DNA from: a virus
Lineage: Duplodnaviria; Caudoviricetes
Reading direction: 5' to 3' (one strand)
IMG/VR virus record: IMGVR_UViG_3300048822_000004
Location: 1-54,261 of that record
Length of the DNA stretch: 54,261 nt
This document shows, piece by piece, positions 19,404 to 28,145 of this stretch. The stretch's first letter is position 1; each line of letters starts with the position of its first letter. Both the position numbers and the translations under genes were made by a program. The notes beneath the pieces are model-generated. The model was not told the DNA's origin and ran no database searches. It saw only the letters and a list, made by a program, of their open reading frames with translations.

Positions 19404-20705
19404 ATGGCAGCAGTATATGCTAATAGTAGCAACCAAATCGCTGCGTTAAAAGAATTGTATACCGACGATAAAGAGTATATGAAGGACCTTGTTTACAAGG
19501 AAAATCCCTTCCTAGCTCTTGTACCTAAGGATGAAAGCCCGGACGGCTTTGCGGGAAAATATATTCCCGTACCGCTCGAATACGGCAATCCTATGGGTCG
19601 TGCGCATACATTTGCTAACGCACAGAACCAACAAACCGCGACTTCACTCGTAAGCTATTTCGTTTACGTCATTCAAGATTACCAACTCGTGACTATCACG
19701 AACCTCTTGATGGAGCAAACGAAAACTAATGCAGGTGCATTCGTAGATGCAGCAAAGCTCCAAATGGATGGTGGCTTTCGCAATATCACGAATAACATCG
19801 CATTCGAACTCTTCGGTGATGGTACAGCGACTCGCGGTACTTCAACTGCGGCTTCGACACAAACCGGTGGCGTAGCAGTAGGCGGAGTAGTATTGCCTCT
19901 CACGAACGCGCAACAAATCGTGCAGTTCGAAGTAGGTCAACTACTCGTGGCTTCTGCAACTCCTGGCGGCGCACCTTCAGCAGACACCGTACTTGTTACG
20001 GCTGTGGATCGTGCAAACGGTATCGTATCTGGTACAGCTTCGGCAGCAGTTCTGTCGGCTAACTGGGCAATCGGTACTGGTAACGCCTACCTCTCGGTAT
20101 CTGGAGATATCCCGACTACTGGAGCGACGAATACAGGCTCATTCCTGGCATTGTCAGGTCTTGCAGCATGGATTCCGATCGCTACTCCGGCAGTAACGGA
20201 TAACTTCTGGGGTGTTAACCGTAGTGCAGACCCGACCCGTCTTGCAGGCCTGCGTTACAACGCAACTGCTCAGACGATCGAGGAAGGCATCACAAACGCA
20301 CTAGCATTCACTAACCGTGAAGGCGGTAAACCAGACCTTTGCATTATGGACTTTGCTTCATATGCAGCTCTAGTTAACGCTCTCGGCGCGAAAGTCCAAT
20401 ACGTTCAAGTCAACCACGATGAAGTAGAAGTAGCATTCGAAGGTATTACGTTCCAATCAGCATATGGTCGCGTAACGATCCTTGCTGACCGCTCGTGCCC
20501 TCCGACTACTGCATATCTATTGACGATGGCGACTTGGAAGCTTCGTTCATTAGGCAAAGTGCCTCATATTTTGACATATGGCATGGAAGGCCTCGAAGGT
20601 CTAAGAGTCGGAAACGCCGATGCTTTGGAGATTCGTATTGGCTATTACGGAAACCTAATCTGTAGTGCCCCGGGCTTCAATTGTGTGGTACAATTAAGTT
20701 CTTAG
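19404..20705 (+). CDS. Major capsid protein
   Basis: 433 aa after the scaffold; LKELY, NPFLALVPK, P..YG, GDG; strongly biased codon usage; followed by a terminator. Confidence 0.88.
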   Translation: MAAVYANSSNQIAALKELYTDDKEYMKDLVYKENPFLALVPKDESPDGFAGKYIPVPLEYGNPMGRAHTFANAQNQQTATSLVSYFVYVIQDYQLVTITNLLMEQTKTNAGAFVDAAKLQMDGGFRNITNNIAFELFGDGTATRGTSTAASTQTGGVAVGGVVLPLTNAQQIVQFEVGQLLVASATPGGAPSADTVLVTAVDRANGIVSGTASAAVLSANWAIGTGNAYLSVSGDIPTTGATNTGSFLALSGLAAWIPIATPAVTDNFWGVNRSADPTRLAGLRYNATAQTIEEGITNALAFTNREGGKPDLCIMDFASYAALVNALGAKVQYVQVNHDEVEVAFEGITFQSAYGRVTILADRSCPPTTAYLLTMATWKLRSLGKVPHILTYGMEGLEGLRVGNADALEIRIGYYGNLICSAPGFNCVVQLSS

Positions 20706-20750
20706 CTAGTATTGCAAGAATTATAAAAAAAGTTCTTGCATAATAGCCTG

Positions 20751-20786
20751 ACTCCTGTTATCTTAATTGGTAACAGGAGTTTTTTT
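20751..20786 (+). terminator. Intrinsic terminator after the capsid gene; stem also covers the RBS of the next gene
   Basis: ACTCCTGTTA/TAACAGGAGT 10-bp stem plus T-tract. Confidence 0.75.
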
Positions 20787-21224
20787 ATGTTTAAAATATG
20801 TAATAAATGTTCTAAAGAAAAACCTTTAACAGAATTTTTTAAAGATAAATCTAACAAAACAGACGGCTATTATTCTATTTGTAAGGACTGTAAAACTAAA
20901 TCAACTTTAGCTTATCGAGCTAAAAATAAAGATTTATATAATGCTAAAATGCGTGCCTATAGAAAAATTAACTACCAAGCAGAACGATTATACCGATATA
21001 AGTTAACAGTAGCCCAGCATCAGGCAATGCTCGCAGAACAAAACCACGTCTGTGCTATCTGCAAGTGCCCGCCTAAAGGCAAACGACCTTTAGTAGTTGA
21101 TCATAGACATTCGGACGGTAAAGTCCGAGGATTACTATGTTATGGCTGTAATAGAGCACTACATGTATTAGAATCGATCGATCTGCTTCAAAAAGCACAA
21201 GACTACCTTAAGAAATATGAATAA
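20787..21224 (+). CDS. Endonuclease VII-type homing endonuclease with N-terminal Zn finger
   Basis: CNKC...CKDC; Q...CAIC...VDH.H..GKVRGLLC..CN. Confidence 0.85.
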   Translation: MFKICNKCSKEKPLTEFFKDKSNKTDGYYSICKDCKTKSTLAYRAKNKDLYNAKMRAYRKINYQAERLYRYKLTVAQHQAMLAEQNHVCAICKCPPKGKRPLVVDHRHSDGKVRGLLCYGCNRALHVLESIDLLQKAQDYLKKYE

Positions 21225-21244
21225 CCTTGACTTAATTTAACCCC

Positions 21245-21279
21245 TAAAGTTTGACAGAAATCCTCCGATAAGTTAATAT
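21245..21279 (+). promoter_or_regulatory. Interleaved sigma28 and sigma70 promoters
   Basis: TAAAGTTT-N11-TCCGATAA and TTGACA-N17-TAATAT. Confidence 0.75.
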
Positions 21280-21323
21280 AAATTTATGATACATGCAATT
21301 TGGGCATTTAGCGAGGTGTTTAA

Positions 21324-22046
21324 ATGAGCGACTCAGTATTACTATTAGGCGACTGCCTAGAATTAATGAAAGACATTCCAGACAAATCAATAGACCTTGT
21401 GCTGACTGATCCGCCTTACGGAACTACAGCTTGTAAATGGGATAGTGTTATTCCTTTTGAACCAATGTGGGCTGAATTAAAACGAGTAAGAAAAGACAAT
21501 GCGGCTATTTGTTTGTTTGGGAGTGAGCCATTTAGTTCTTCTTTGAGATTTAGCAATAGGGACGAATATAGGTACTGTTGGACTTGGAAAAAGCAACGCG
21601 CTGGGGGCTTCCCAATGGCTAATAAAAGGCCGCTTAAAAATATCGAACTGATATCTGTTTTTTCATTTAAACAATCAAAGTATTACCCTCAAGGACTTGT
21701 TGATTGCCTTATAGATCAACGACGAAAATCAAAATTATGTGCTTTCGTTAAATCAATTAAAAATCATGGCGGTATTCAGACAAAAACTAATTACCCCAAA
21801 ATGCTTTTAGAGGGCTTTAAACAAGATTTTAAAACGGTTCACCCGACTCAAAAGCCAGTCGCCCTACTCGAATACCTAATCAAAACCTACACGCTTGAAG
21901 GCAACACAGTCTTAGACTTCACTATGGGCAGCGGATCGACTGGCGTGGCTTGTAAAAACCTAGGCCGCAAATTCATAGGCATTGAGAAAGACGAAAACTA
22001 CTTTAAAATCGCTGAAAAACGCATAGAAGAAGCAGGTAATAAATGA
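21324..22046 (+). CDS. Orphan N6-A/N4-C DNA methyltransferase (beta class)
   Basis: TDPPYG, HPTQKP, DFTMGSGSTG. Confidence 0.93.
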   Translation: MSDSVLLLGDCLELMKDIPDKSIDLVLTDPPYGTTACKWDSVIPFEPMWAELKRVRKDNAAICLFGSEPFSSSLRFSNRDEYRYCWTWKKQRAGGFPMANKRPLKNIELISVFSFKQSKYYPQGLVDCLIDQRRKSKLCAFVKSIKNHGGIQTKTNYPKMLLEGFKQDFKTVHPTQKPVALLEYLIKTYTLEGNTVLDFTMGSGSTGVACKNLGRKFIGIEKDENYFKIAEKRIEEAGNK

Positions 22047-22124
22047 AATTAGGAGTATCCCTCATCCCTCAGGCCGTAATCGCCAAATCAATGATAAAAA
22101 ATTTATAGACAATAAGCTCAAGGA

Positions 22125-22355
22125 ATGCAGAAAATGGCTGAATTCAAAGTAGACGATACGGTAATAATGGTACACGCGGATAACTTATCACTTGTGGCTA
22201 GAGATCTTATTGGCGTTCCTCACCAAGTCATAGGAGTGATAGGAGATTGCTTATTAATTGACCCTCAAGATAAAAACCAAGGCTGGTTTGCATGGAGATT
22301 CATAAAAGCTACGGAATTGTCTCAACTCGAGAAAATAATTTACGATATCCCCTAA
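22125..22355 (+). CDS. Small SH3-like protein with LEKIIYDI tag
   Basis: FKVDDTV...GWFAWRF; ends LSQLEKIIYDIP. Confidence 0.7.
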   Translation: MQKMAEFKVDDTVIMVHADNLSLVARDLIGVPHQVIGVIGDCLLIDPQDKNQGWFAWRFIKATELSQLEKIIYDIP

Positions 22356-22387
22356 AGTTTGCTTTAGAACTGCCGATAAGCTATTAT
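22353..22387 (+). promoter_or_regulatory. Consensus sigma28 promoter interleaved with a sigma70 promoter
   Basis: TAAAGTTT-N11-GCCGATAA (perfect) and TTGCTT-N17-TATTAT. Confidence 0.82.
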
Positions 22388-22409
22388 AACAAGAAACCAA
22401 GGAGTAATA

Positions 22410-23513
22410 ATGATTATCAAGGATTTTAAAGAGAGTCTTCAGTATCTAACAAAAGCAGAACTAACCCCGTTCGTGTGGGGACATGCCGGGATTGGCAAGA
22501 CTGAGAGCATTAAGCAGTGGGCAGTAGAGAAAGGATATAAATTCTTTCCTTTCTACTTAGGTACGATGTCTGATACAGGCGATATACTAGGGCTTGCAGA
22601 GTTTACGAAACGAGCCAAGGGTGGTAAATCCACTGATTTCGCGCCTCCTGGATGGCTTCTTGATATGATAGACTACTGCAATGAAAACCCTGATTCTGGC
22701 GCAGTAGTCTTCCTAGATGAGTTTAACCGCGCTAGGAAAGATATCATGAACGGTATGTTCTCGTTTGCACTGGATAAGCGCTTCCATACTATACAGTTAC
22801 CTAAGAACTGTCATGTAATCGCTGCTGGTAATCCTCCTACGGATGAGTACTGCACTACTGATGTTGATGAAGCCGCTCTTATGGCTCGTTTCGTACATAT
22901 CAAGCTTGAGCCTTCGATTCAAGAATGGGTAGAGTACGCTAAAGACAGAAGCTTAGATAGTAATCTCATAGGTTTTATTCAAGATCAGCCTAATCTATTA
23001 GAAGACAAGCGATCAGAGTTTCTGCTGCCTATCAAGGTGGATCGTCGCGCCTACTCACGATTAGATAAGTTATTCAAGCTAAATACACCGGCGCATCTCA
23101 TGGAAAGCCTTATGCCTGGCATTATCGGTCTTGAAAGAACTATTGCTTATAAGCAATATCTCAAGGAAATCGATAAGCCGCTTACAGGAGAGCAAGTCCT
23201 TCGCCATGAAAGACCTGATCTCATCGAGAAGTGGAGTAATTCCGATAACGTAGCGGCTTCATTTCTTAACATCACCTGTGATAGCCTTGTCGAGGTACTT
23301 AATAAAAGAGATGCAGCTAAAGACCTCTTAAAGGCAGATGAAAAGAGTAATCTCATGTGGTTCTTGTCTGCAGCTCCTAAGGATATCTCCTATCGAGTTA
23401 TATACACGTTAGTGACCTCTAATAACTCATTATTTAAGAACTTCTTTACTGATGAGAAGTACGAGAAACAAATCGCGGAGCTTACGTTAGCCGCTAAAGG
23501 AAAGACTAAATAA
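22410..23513 (+). CDS. MoxR-like AAA+ ATPase
   Basis: GHAGIGKT, FLDEFNRA, AAGNP, AL.ARF. Confidence 0.9.
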   Translation: MIIKDFKESLQYLTKAELTPFVWGHAGIGKTESIKQWAVEKGYKFFPFYLGTMSDTGDILGLAEFTKRAKGGKSTDFAPPGWLLDMIDYCNENPDSGAVVFLDEFNRARKDIMNGMFSFALDKRFHTIQLPKNCHVIAAGNPPTDEYCTTDVDEAALMARFVHIKLEPSIQEWVEYAKDRSLDSNLIGFIQDQPNLLEDKRSEFLLPIKVDRRAYSRLDKLFKLNTPAHLMESLMPGIIGLERTIAYKQYLKEIDKPLTGEQVLRHERPDLIEKWSNSDNVAASFLNITCDSLVEVLNKRDAAKDLLKADEKSNLMWFLSAAPKDISYRVIYTLVTSNNSLFKNFFTDEKYEKQIAELTLAAKGKTK

Positions 23514-24673
23514 TGGAATTCAAGAATAAAGATGTCGTAAGCCAAGCCATAGTAAATCTATTCGAATCGGAAAGATTCTATGCTGAGCTGATATGTCAGA
23601 TGCGTAGATTCGTATCTGATAAGATACGAACGGCAGGGGTTTGTGTTAAAGATCAAATCGAACTCCACATAAACCCTGAGTTCTTCGAAAGTCTTACATT
23701 ACAAGAACGTGTATCTGTTCTTAAGCATGAATGCGAGCACATCCTTAGAGACCATATCGGCAGGGCTAAGGAACTAGCCCCAGATATTTACGATAATAAA
23801 AAGAAGGACTTAGAAGACAATATCATTAACAACATGAAGCACAAGACTTTAAATATTTCAATGGATTGTGCCATCAACGGCAATATGACTAACCTACCAG
23901 AAGGAGGAGTATTTCCTAAGCAATTCGATCTTGAGAATGGCCAAACCATGGAATGGTATCTAGCGCAGCTAAAAGACAATGAAAAAGCAAAGCAGCTCAT
24001 GAAATTCGATGATCATGAGCTTTGGGGCGAATCAGATGGTGATAAGGAAATCCTTAAAGAGAAGGTTCGTCAAGCCGTTAATAAGGCTGCTAAAAGTACT
24101 CGTGCGGCAGGTAAAATGACCGCAAACAATGAGCTACTCGTATCAGAACTCAACAAAGCCGTGGTGAATTGGCGCCAACAGCTCAAACGGTTCGCTGCAC
24201 GTACTATCGAGACTGCCCTAGACACTAGTAAAAAGAAAAGGAATCGCCGCTACGGTATATTATTTCCGGGTACTATAAAAACAGAAAGTCTTCATATAGG
24301 AGTTGCTATAGATACTTCTGGTAGCGTTTCTGATGAAAGTTTGAAACAATTCATGAGTGAAATCGGCAATATAGCTAAATATGCCAAAGTAACGGTTATT
24401 GAAGCAGACACAGAGATCAAGAACAGTTATATTTATGATCCTAAAAAGAAATACAGAGTCTCAGGCAGAGGCGGAACTGCTTACAAACCTGCCTTCGACT
24501 TCTTCAACGATAAAAATAATGAAGTAGACGCCATGATTTACTTTGGGGATATGGATTGTTATGATACAGAGGCTTTAATTAAGCCTAAATACCCTGTGTT
24601 ATGGGCTATAGTAGGAGGTCAAAATCCTCCAGCTAATTTCGGAGCACAAATCAGAATAGAGGTTAAAGATTAA
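23513..24673 (+). CDS. Metallopeptidase-like plus vWA domain protein (DUF2201-like), AAA+ partner
   Basis: HECEH (HExxH), D.AIN, MIDAS DTSGS, GRGGT, FGD. Confidence 0.88.
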   Translation: MEFKNKDVVSQAIVNLFESERFYAELICQMRRFVSDKIRTAGVCVKDQIELHINPEFFESLTLQERVSVLKHECEHILRDHIGRAKELAPDIYDNKKKDLEDNIINNMKHKTLNISMDCAINGNMTNLPEGGVFPKQFDLENGQTMEWYLAQLKDNEKAKQLMKFDDHELWGESDGDKEILKEKVRQAVNKAAKSTRAAGKMTANNELLVSELNKAVVNWRQQLKRFAARTIETALDTSKKKRNRRYGILFPGTIKTESLHIGVAIDTSGSVSDESLKQFMSEIGNIAKYAKVTVIEADTEIKNSYIYDPKKKYRVSGRGGTAYKPAFDFFNDKNNEVDAMIYFGDMDCYDTEALIKPKYPVLWAIVGGQNPPANFGAQIRIEVKD

Positions 24674-25191
24674 TGAGTGACAATAAAAAAATTGATTATT
24701 TCGAAAAGATAGGAAAACTACTCAATAAATCGCCAAAACCGATATATATTGCTTTTGCGCTGTACTGCGCTAGAGACCAACTCCATAATATTAAAGATAA
24801 AAACATCTACAATGAATGCCATAAAGCCTTAGCTATTACAGAGGCTTTTATTAAAGGCCAAGCCACTCAATCAGAAATAGAAGCAGCCTACAGCGCGGCC
24901 TACAGCGCGGCCAGCAGCTCGGCCTACAGCTCGGCCCACACGGCCCACGCGGCCAACAGCGCGGCCCACGCGGCCAGCAGCGCGGCCCACGCGGCACACA
25001 GCGCGGCCTACAGCGCGGCCTACAGCGCGGCCTACGCGGCCTACGTGGCCTACGTGGCCTACGCGGCCTACGCGGCCCACGCGGCCCACGCGGCCTATAA
25101 CAATAAATTAGAAGAGTATTTTGAAAAATTAGAGGATATGCTACGAAATCTACACAGAATTGAAAAAATAGTGTTTAATATATGCGATTAA
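24673..25191 (+). CDS. Ala-rich repeat protein, copy 1, with tag IEKIVFNI
   Basis: AAYS/AAH repeats; near-identical paralog at 42963..43466. Confidence 0.8.
   Translation: MSDNKKIDYFEKIGKLLNKSPKPIYIAFALYCARDQLHNIKDKNIYNECHKALAITEAFIKGQATQSEIEAAYSAAYSAASSSAYSSAHTAHAANSAAHAASSAAHAAHSAAYSAAYSAAYAAYVAYVAYAAYAAHAAHAAYNNKLEEYFEKLEDMLRNLHRIEKIVFNICD
24883..25098 (+). repeat. GC-rich 9/12-bp tandem repeats
   Basis: GCGGCC(T/C)AC and GCGGCCTACAGC units. Confidence 0.9.
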
Positions 25192-25811
25192 TTTTAATAC
25201 TCATATTCATACCTAGCGTATCGATTGCAAAACTAAGAGTTGCAGTACTAGACACTGGCGTAGATACAGAGATAACAAACGCTCCTTTGTGCTCTAAAGC
25301 ATCTCCTGACTCTAGCAATATAAAGCACGGGACTTCAATAGTTGATTTAATTGCTAAAAATGCAGGTAAAGCTGATTATTGCATAGAGTCTTATAGAATA
25401 TATACCAATAAATGGGATAAAAAGGCTTATTTCAATGTTCTTAGGTATTTACTAAAGAATCCACCAGATATCATTAACCTCAGTATTCAAGGCACAGGAG
25501 AAAGCCCCACAGAGACTAAACTCATTAAACAACTCCTCAACAAAGGCGTGACGATATTAGTAGCGGCTGGTAACTATGGAGAAGTCCTGTCTAAAAAGTC
25601 TTGTAATGTATACCCGGCTTGTGCTGATAACAGGATAATAGTTGTAGGTACATACTCGCCTAGCAGCGATAAAGGCGACAGGATTAACATACTTACCCAT
25701 AAAGACAGTGGGTGCGTTGGAGCTTATTGTTTGTCAGGAACTAGTCAAGCCACTGCAATAGAGACTGGCCGTTTCATTAATTTCTTGAGTACTAAGGAAA
25801 ACGCCAAGTAA
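25182..25811 (+). CDS. Exported subtilisin-like (S8) serine protease
   Basis: Signal peptide; VAVLDTG, HGT, AAGN, GTSQAT. Confidence 0.88.
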   Translation: MRLILILIFIPSVSIAKLRVAVLDTGVDTEITNAPLCSKASPDSSNIKHGTSIVDLIAKNAGKADYCIESYRIYTNKWDKKAYFNVLRYLLKNPPDIINLSIQGTGESPTETKLIKQLLNKGVTILVAAGNYGEVLSKKSCNVYPACADNRIIVVGTYSPSSDKGDRINILTHKDSGCVGAYCLSGTSQATAIETGRFINFLSTKENAK

Positions 25812-26037
25812 ACACTATTTTACGATCTACTATGGTTTGTCCAACAAAAGCCCCGCCTACCAAAAAGAATTTTTCATCGTTAGGCACGAGTTTACTCATA
25901 TCATTCAATGTCTTATTAATGCCGTCATTAGCGCCTGTGTAGCGAGCAAAGGCATCTGCAGACTTCTGTACAGATTTTCCGTTACTAGCAAGTCCTGCTG
26001 TGAATAGCATTATAAACAGTAAGGCATTAGATTCCAA
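25792..26037 (-). CDS. Hypothetical, possibly exported protein
   Basis: Hydrophobic N-terminus; start uncertain. Confidence 0.4.
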   Translation of the reverse strand: MESNALLFIMLFTAGLASNGKSVQKSADAFARYTGANDGINKTLNDMSKLVPNDEKFFLVGGAFVGQTIVDRKIVFTWRFP

Positions 26038-26239
26038 GAATCACCATGCCTGGATAGTCCACAGAATTGACAGGACGATCAGACCCGTCAAACACCACAA
26101 GTATGTCTGGCATACCTCTACCCGAGTATTCGATTTTAATGATTTCGCCTTCTCTATGGCTATCCCTATCGTAAACCCTAATACCAGGATAAAGAGAGTT
26201 AGGATCGACAGCACGCAATAACCTATTATTCTCATACAT
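26027..26239 (-). CDS. Small SH3/KOW-like protein
   Basis: PGIRVYD....EGEIIKI......ILVVFD; ATG 26239 lies just after a sigma70 promoter. Confidence 0.5.
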   Translation of the reverse strand: MYENNRLLRAVDPNSLYPGIRVYDRDSHREGEIIKIEYSGRGMPDILVVFDGSDRPVNSVDYPGMVILGI

Positions 26240-26245
26240 ATCTAT

Positions 26246-26273
26246 ATGATACACGAGTTGAAAAAAAAGTCAA
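26246..26273 (-). promoter_or_regulatory. sigma70-type promoter
   Basis: TTGACT-N16-TATCAT on the minus strand. Confidence 0.55.
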
Positions 26274-26280
26274 ATCCTGC

Positions 26281-26307
26281 TAAAGTAATTCCTAGGTCGA
26301 CCGATAA
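26281..26307 (+). promoter_or_regulatory. sigma28-type promoter
   Basis: TAAAGTAA-N11-ACCGATAA, followed by RBS GGAGGT. Confidence 0.7.
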
Positions 26308-26324
26308 GTACTATAGGAGGTAAC

Positions 26325-26555
26325 ATGGAATTCAATAAAACGTATAGTAATTGGGTAATGCATAATAAAGAGCATCTCAATATCAGAGAGGTAGAAACAC
26401 ACGGCAAGGATTTAAAGGACTTCTTAGCCAACGCCATGATTTATATAGAGACTTGGCACGGCGGGGAAGGTCCAGATTACAGTGTCGATGATCTTTCTAG
26501 TAAAGACTATGACATGCTTGTAAAAGAATTCACTGAATACTTGGAGGGAACATGA
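26325..26555 (+). CDS. Hypothetical acidic protein
   Basis: Strong RBS; first gene after the sigma28 promoter. Confidence 0.7.
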   Translation: MEFNKTYSNWVMHNKEHLNIREVETHGKDLKDFLANAMIYIETWHGGEGPDYSVDDLSSKDYDMLVKEFTEYLEGT

Positions 26556-26755
26556 GAGCAAGTAACGTAGTGAAATTAAACACTAAAATCAAACCAGACG
26601 ATAGCGGTGTCTATAGAACTAAGCATTTCTATAGAGATCAATACACTGCTATGTTTCAGCATATGAATAACATGATTAAGACATACGGTAAAGGCCAAGT
26701 AGCTATAATGATCCGCGATCTCATCGCATCGGGAGGATTGAATGGTAACGATTAA
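26552..26755 (+). CDS. Hypothetical protein
   Basis: GGAGG RBS, ATGA overlap. Confidence 0.65.
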   Translation: MRASNVVKLNTKIKPDDSGVYRTKHFYRDQYTAMFQHMNNMIKTYGKGQVAIMIRDLIASGGLNGND

Positions 26756-26927
26756 AAAGATTGAAACACCTAACTACGTAATTTTGTTAGAAGAAACTGA
26801 GGACTGTCGTTACATAGTAAGATATAAGAGATCTTCAATGGAAGAATACTCATACTTTAGCTTCCAGGATTACAAGTTCGCCAGCGAGATGTTCGACTAT
26901 AATTTAATAGCATTGGAGGGCCATTGA
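26742..26927 (+). CDS. Hypothetical protein
   Basis: GGAGG RBS. Confidence 0.65.
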   Translation: MVTIKKIETPNYVILLEETEDCRYIVRYKRSSMEEYSYFSFQDYKFASEMFDYNLIALEGH

Positions 26928-27020
26928 AAATCAAGAAGGGTCAAATCTACATGGATTTTAATTTCAGAGATATCTGAAAAAATAACTGAATTAGAGAGGA
27001 TTATATGGGAAATAGACTGA
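26924..27020 (+). pseudogene. Frameshifted or deleted remnant of a tag-bearing small gene
   Basis: GGAGG plus TTG gives MKIKKGQIYMDFNFRDI*; the +1 frame ends ITELERIIWEID*. Confidence 0.55.
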
Positions 27021-27081
27021 ATTATGACCAAAAAGTATATATTTTAGCTATTCTAGCCTGTTTTTTAGCTATAGGTGTGAT

Positions 27082-27306
27082 GTGGATGAAGTAAAGACCG
27101 GACAGCTCAGAATGGACCGCATATTTGGTTTATATATGGTAGGAAAAAAAGTCAACGGAGAATTCAATATATTGTGGAAATATACCGGCTATAAACAAAT
27201 AAAAGATCAACAGGTCTTTACTTTTAGTCCTCATACGCTGAGTTTAGATAAGCTCGTAGTTGATGAAGTGACATTACTAGAAAAAATCATATACGATATC
27301 CTATAA
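27082..27306 (+). CDS. Small protein with LEKIIYDI tag
   Basis: RBS AGGTG; ends VTLLEKIIYDIL. Confidence 0.7.
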   Translation: MDEVKTGQLRMDRIFGLYMVGKKVNGEFNILWKYTGYKQIKDQQVFTFSPHTLSLDKLVVDEVTLLEKIIYDIL

Positions 27307-27322
27307 CCAATATAATGACTCT

Positions 27323-27337
27323 GGACTGTATCGCAAT
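27323..27337 (+). promoter_or_regulatory. Late motif copy 2
   Basis: GGACTGTATCGCAAT before the tail operon. Confidence 0.75.
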
Positions 27338-27350
27338 TACAGAACCAGGG

Positions 27351-27436
27351 ATTACCTCTGTTCTTCCCGCTATGCTAGCCACAGCTAACGGTGAGTAGGA
27401 CTAACTACCCTACATAACGTGGCAAATAGAGGTAAT
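27351..27436 (+). promoter_or_regulatory. Structured leader sequestering the RBS of 27438
   Basis: ATTACCTCTGTT pairs with AATAGAGGTAAT; inner stems GCCAC/GTGGC and GTAGG/CCTAC. Confidence 0.6.
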
Positions 27437-27437
27437 T

Positions 27438-28115
27438 ATGGCTAACAGGAACTATCCTAACGGCGGACGTCTTTACATGCGTCACGTCAAACCCGCAAAC
27501 ATTACATGCTCTTTCATCGTAGATAGTACGAACGGCAATGGCTTTGGTATTAGAAGCCTTAAAGGCCCAGGCCTTGCCAATGTATTTATGCACACTACGG
27601 CTACCCCTGCTGGTGGTAACCCGAATCCTGCTTCAGGTCTTATCATGGTTCAACTCCAAGACAATTATTTTGCAAGCATTACAGGCGGTAACACGCTTGG
27701 TTCGCCTGTCTCAGGCACTCCCCTTACGTCTGTAACATCTGGAAATGCCTACACAATCGTAAGCGTTGGTACTACTACTCAAGCCCAGTGGCAAGCCTTA
27801 GGCCTTCCTACAGGCATGGTGCCAAACGTAGGTTCTACATTCATCGCAACAACTACTGGCGCTATCCCAGGCACGGGTTCTGTAGAAGCTCCTCTTGCAA
27901 CAGGTACTGGTATTACCAATATTGAGATTATCGGCGACCCTAACCAAACAATCGCTACTACTAATCCTCCCCAGCCCGGCTTTGGCGCTACTATTATCAT
28001 GCAATGCATGAAAAACGGAGTATTGACAGCACCGGCTAATGGCACTGTGATTAGTCTGAGCTTCTTAATGAACGAAAGCTCTGTTAGTGCAGGCAGTCCT
28101 ACACCAGGGAACTAA
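27438..28115 (+). CDS. Virion structural protein
   Basis: T/G/P-rich beta protein, first gene of a late block. Confidence 0.65.
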   Translation: MANRNYPNGGRLYMRHVKPANITCSFIVDSTNGNGFGIRSLKGPGLANVFMHTTATPAGGNPNPASGLIMVQLQDNYFASITGGNTLGSPVSGTPLTSVTSGNAYTIVSVGTTTQAQWQALGLPTGMVPNVGSTFIATTTGAIPGTGSVEAPLATGTGITNIEIIGDPNQTIATTNPPQPGFGATIIMQCMKNGVLTAPANGTVISLSFLMNESSVSAGSPTPGN

Positions 28116-28145
28116 GTCTTAAGTCTCTGTTATTAAAGGAGATTT

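Noticed and set aside
24871-25089. Antisense ORF MGRVGRVGR...
   Set aside because: Shadow of the Ala repeat; no RBS or promoter.
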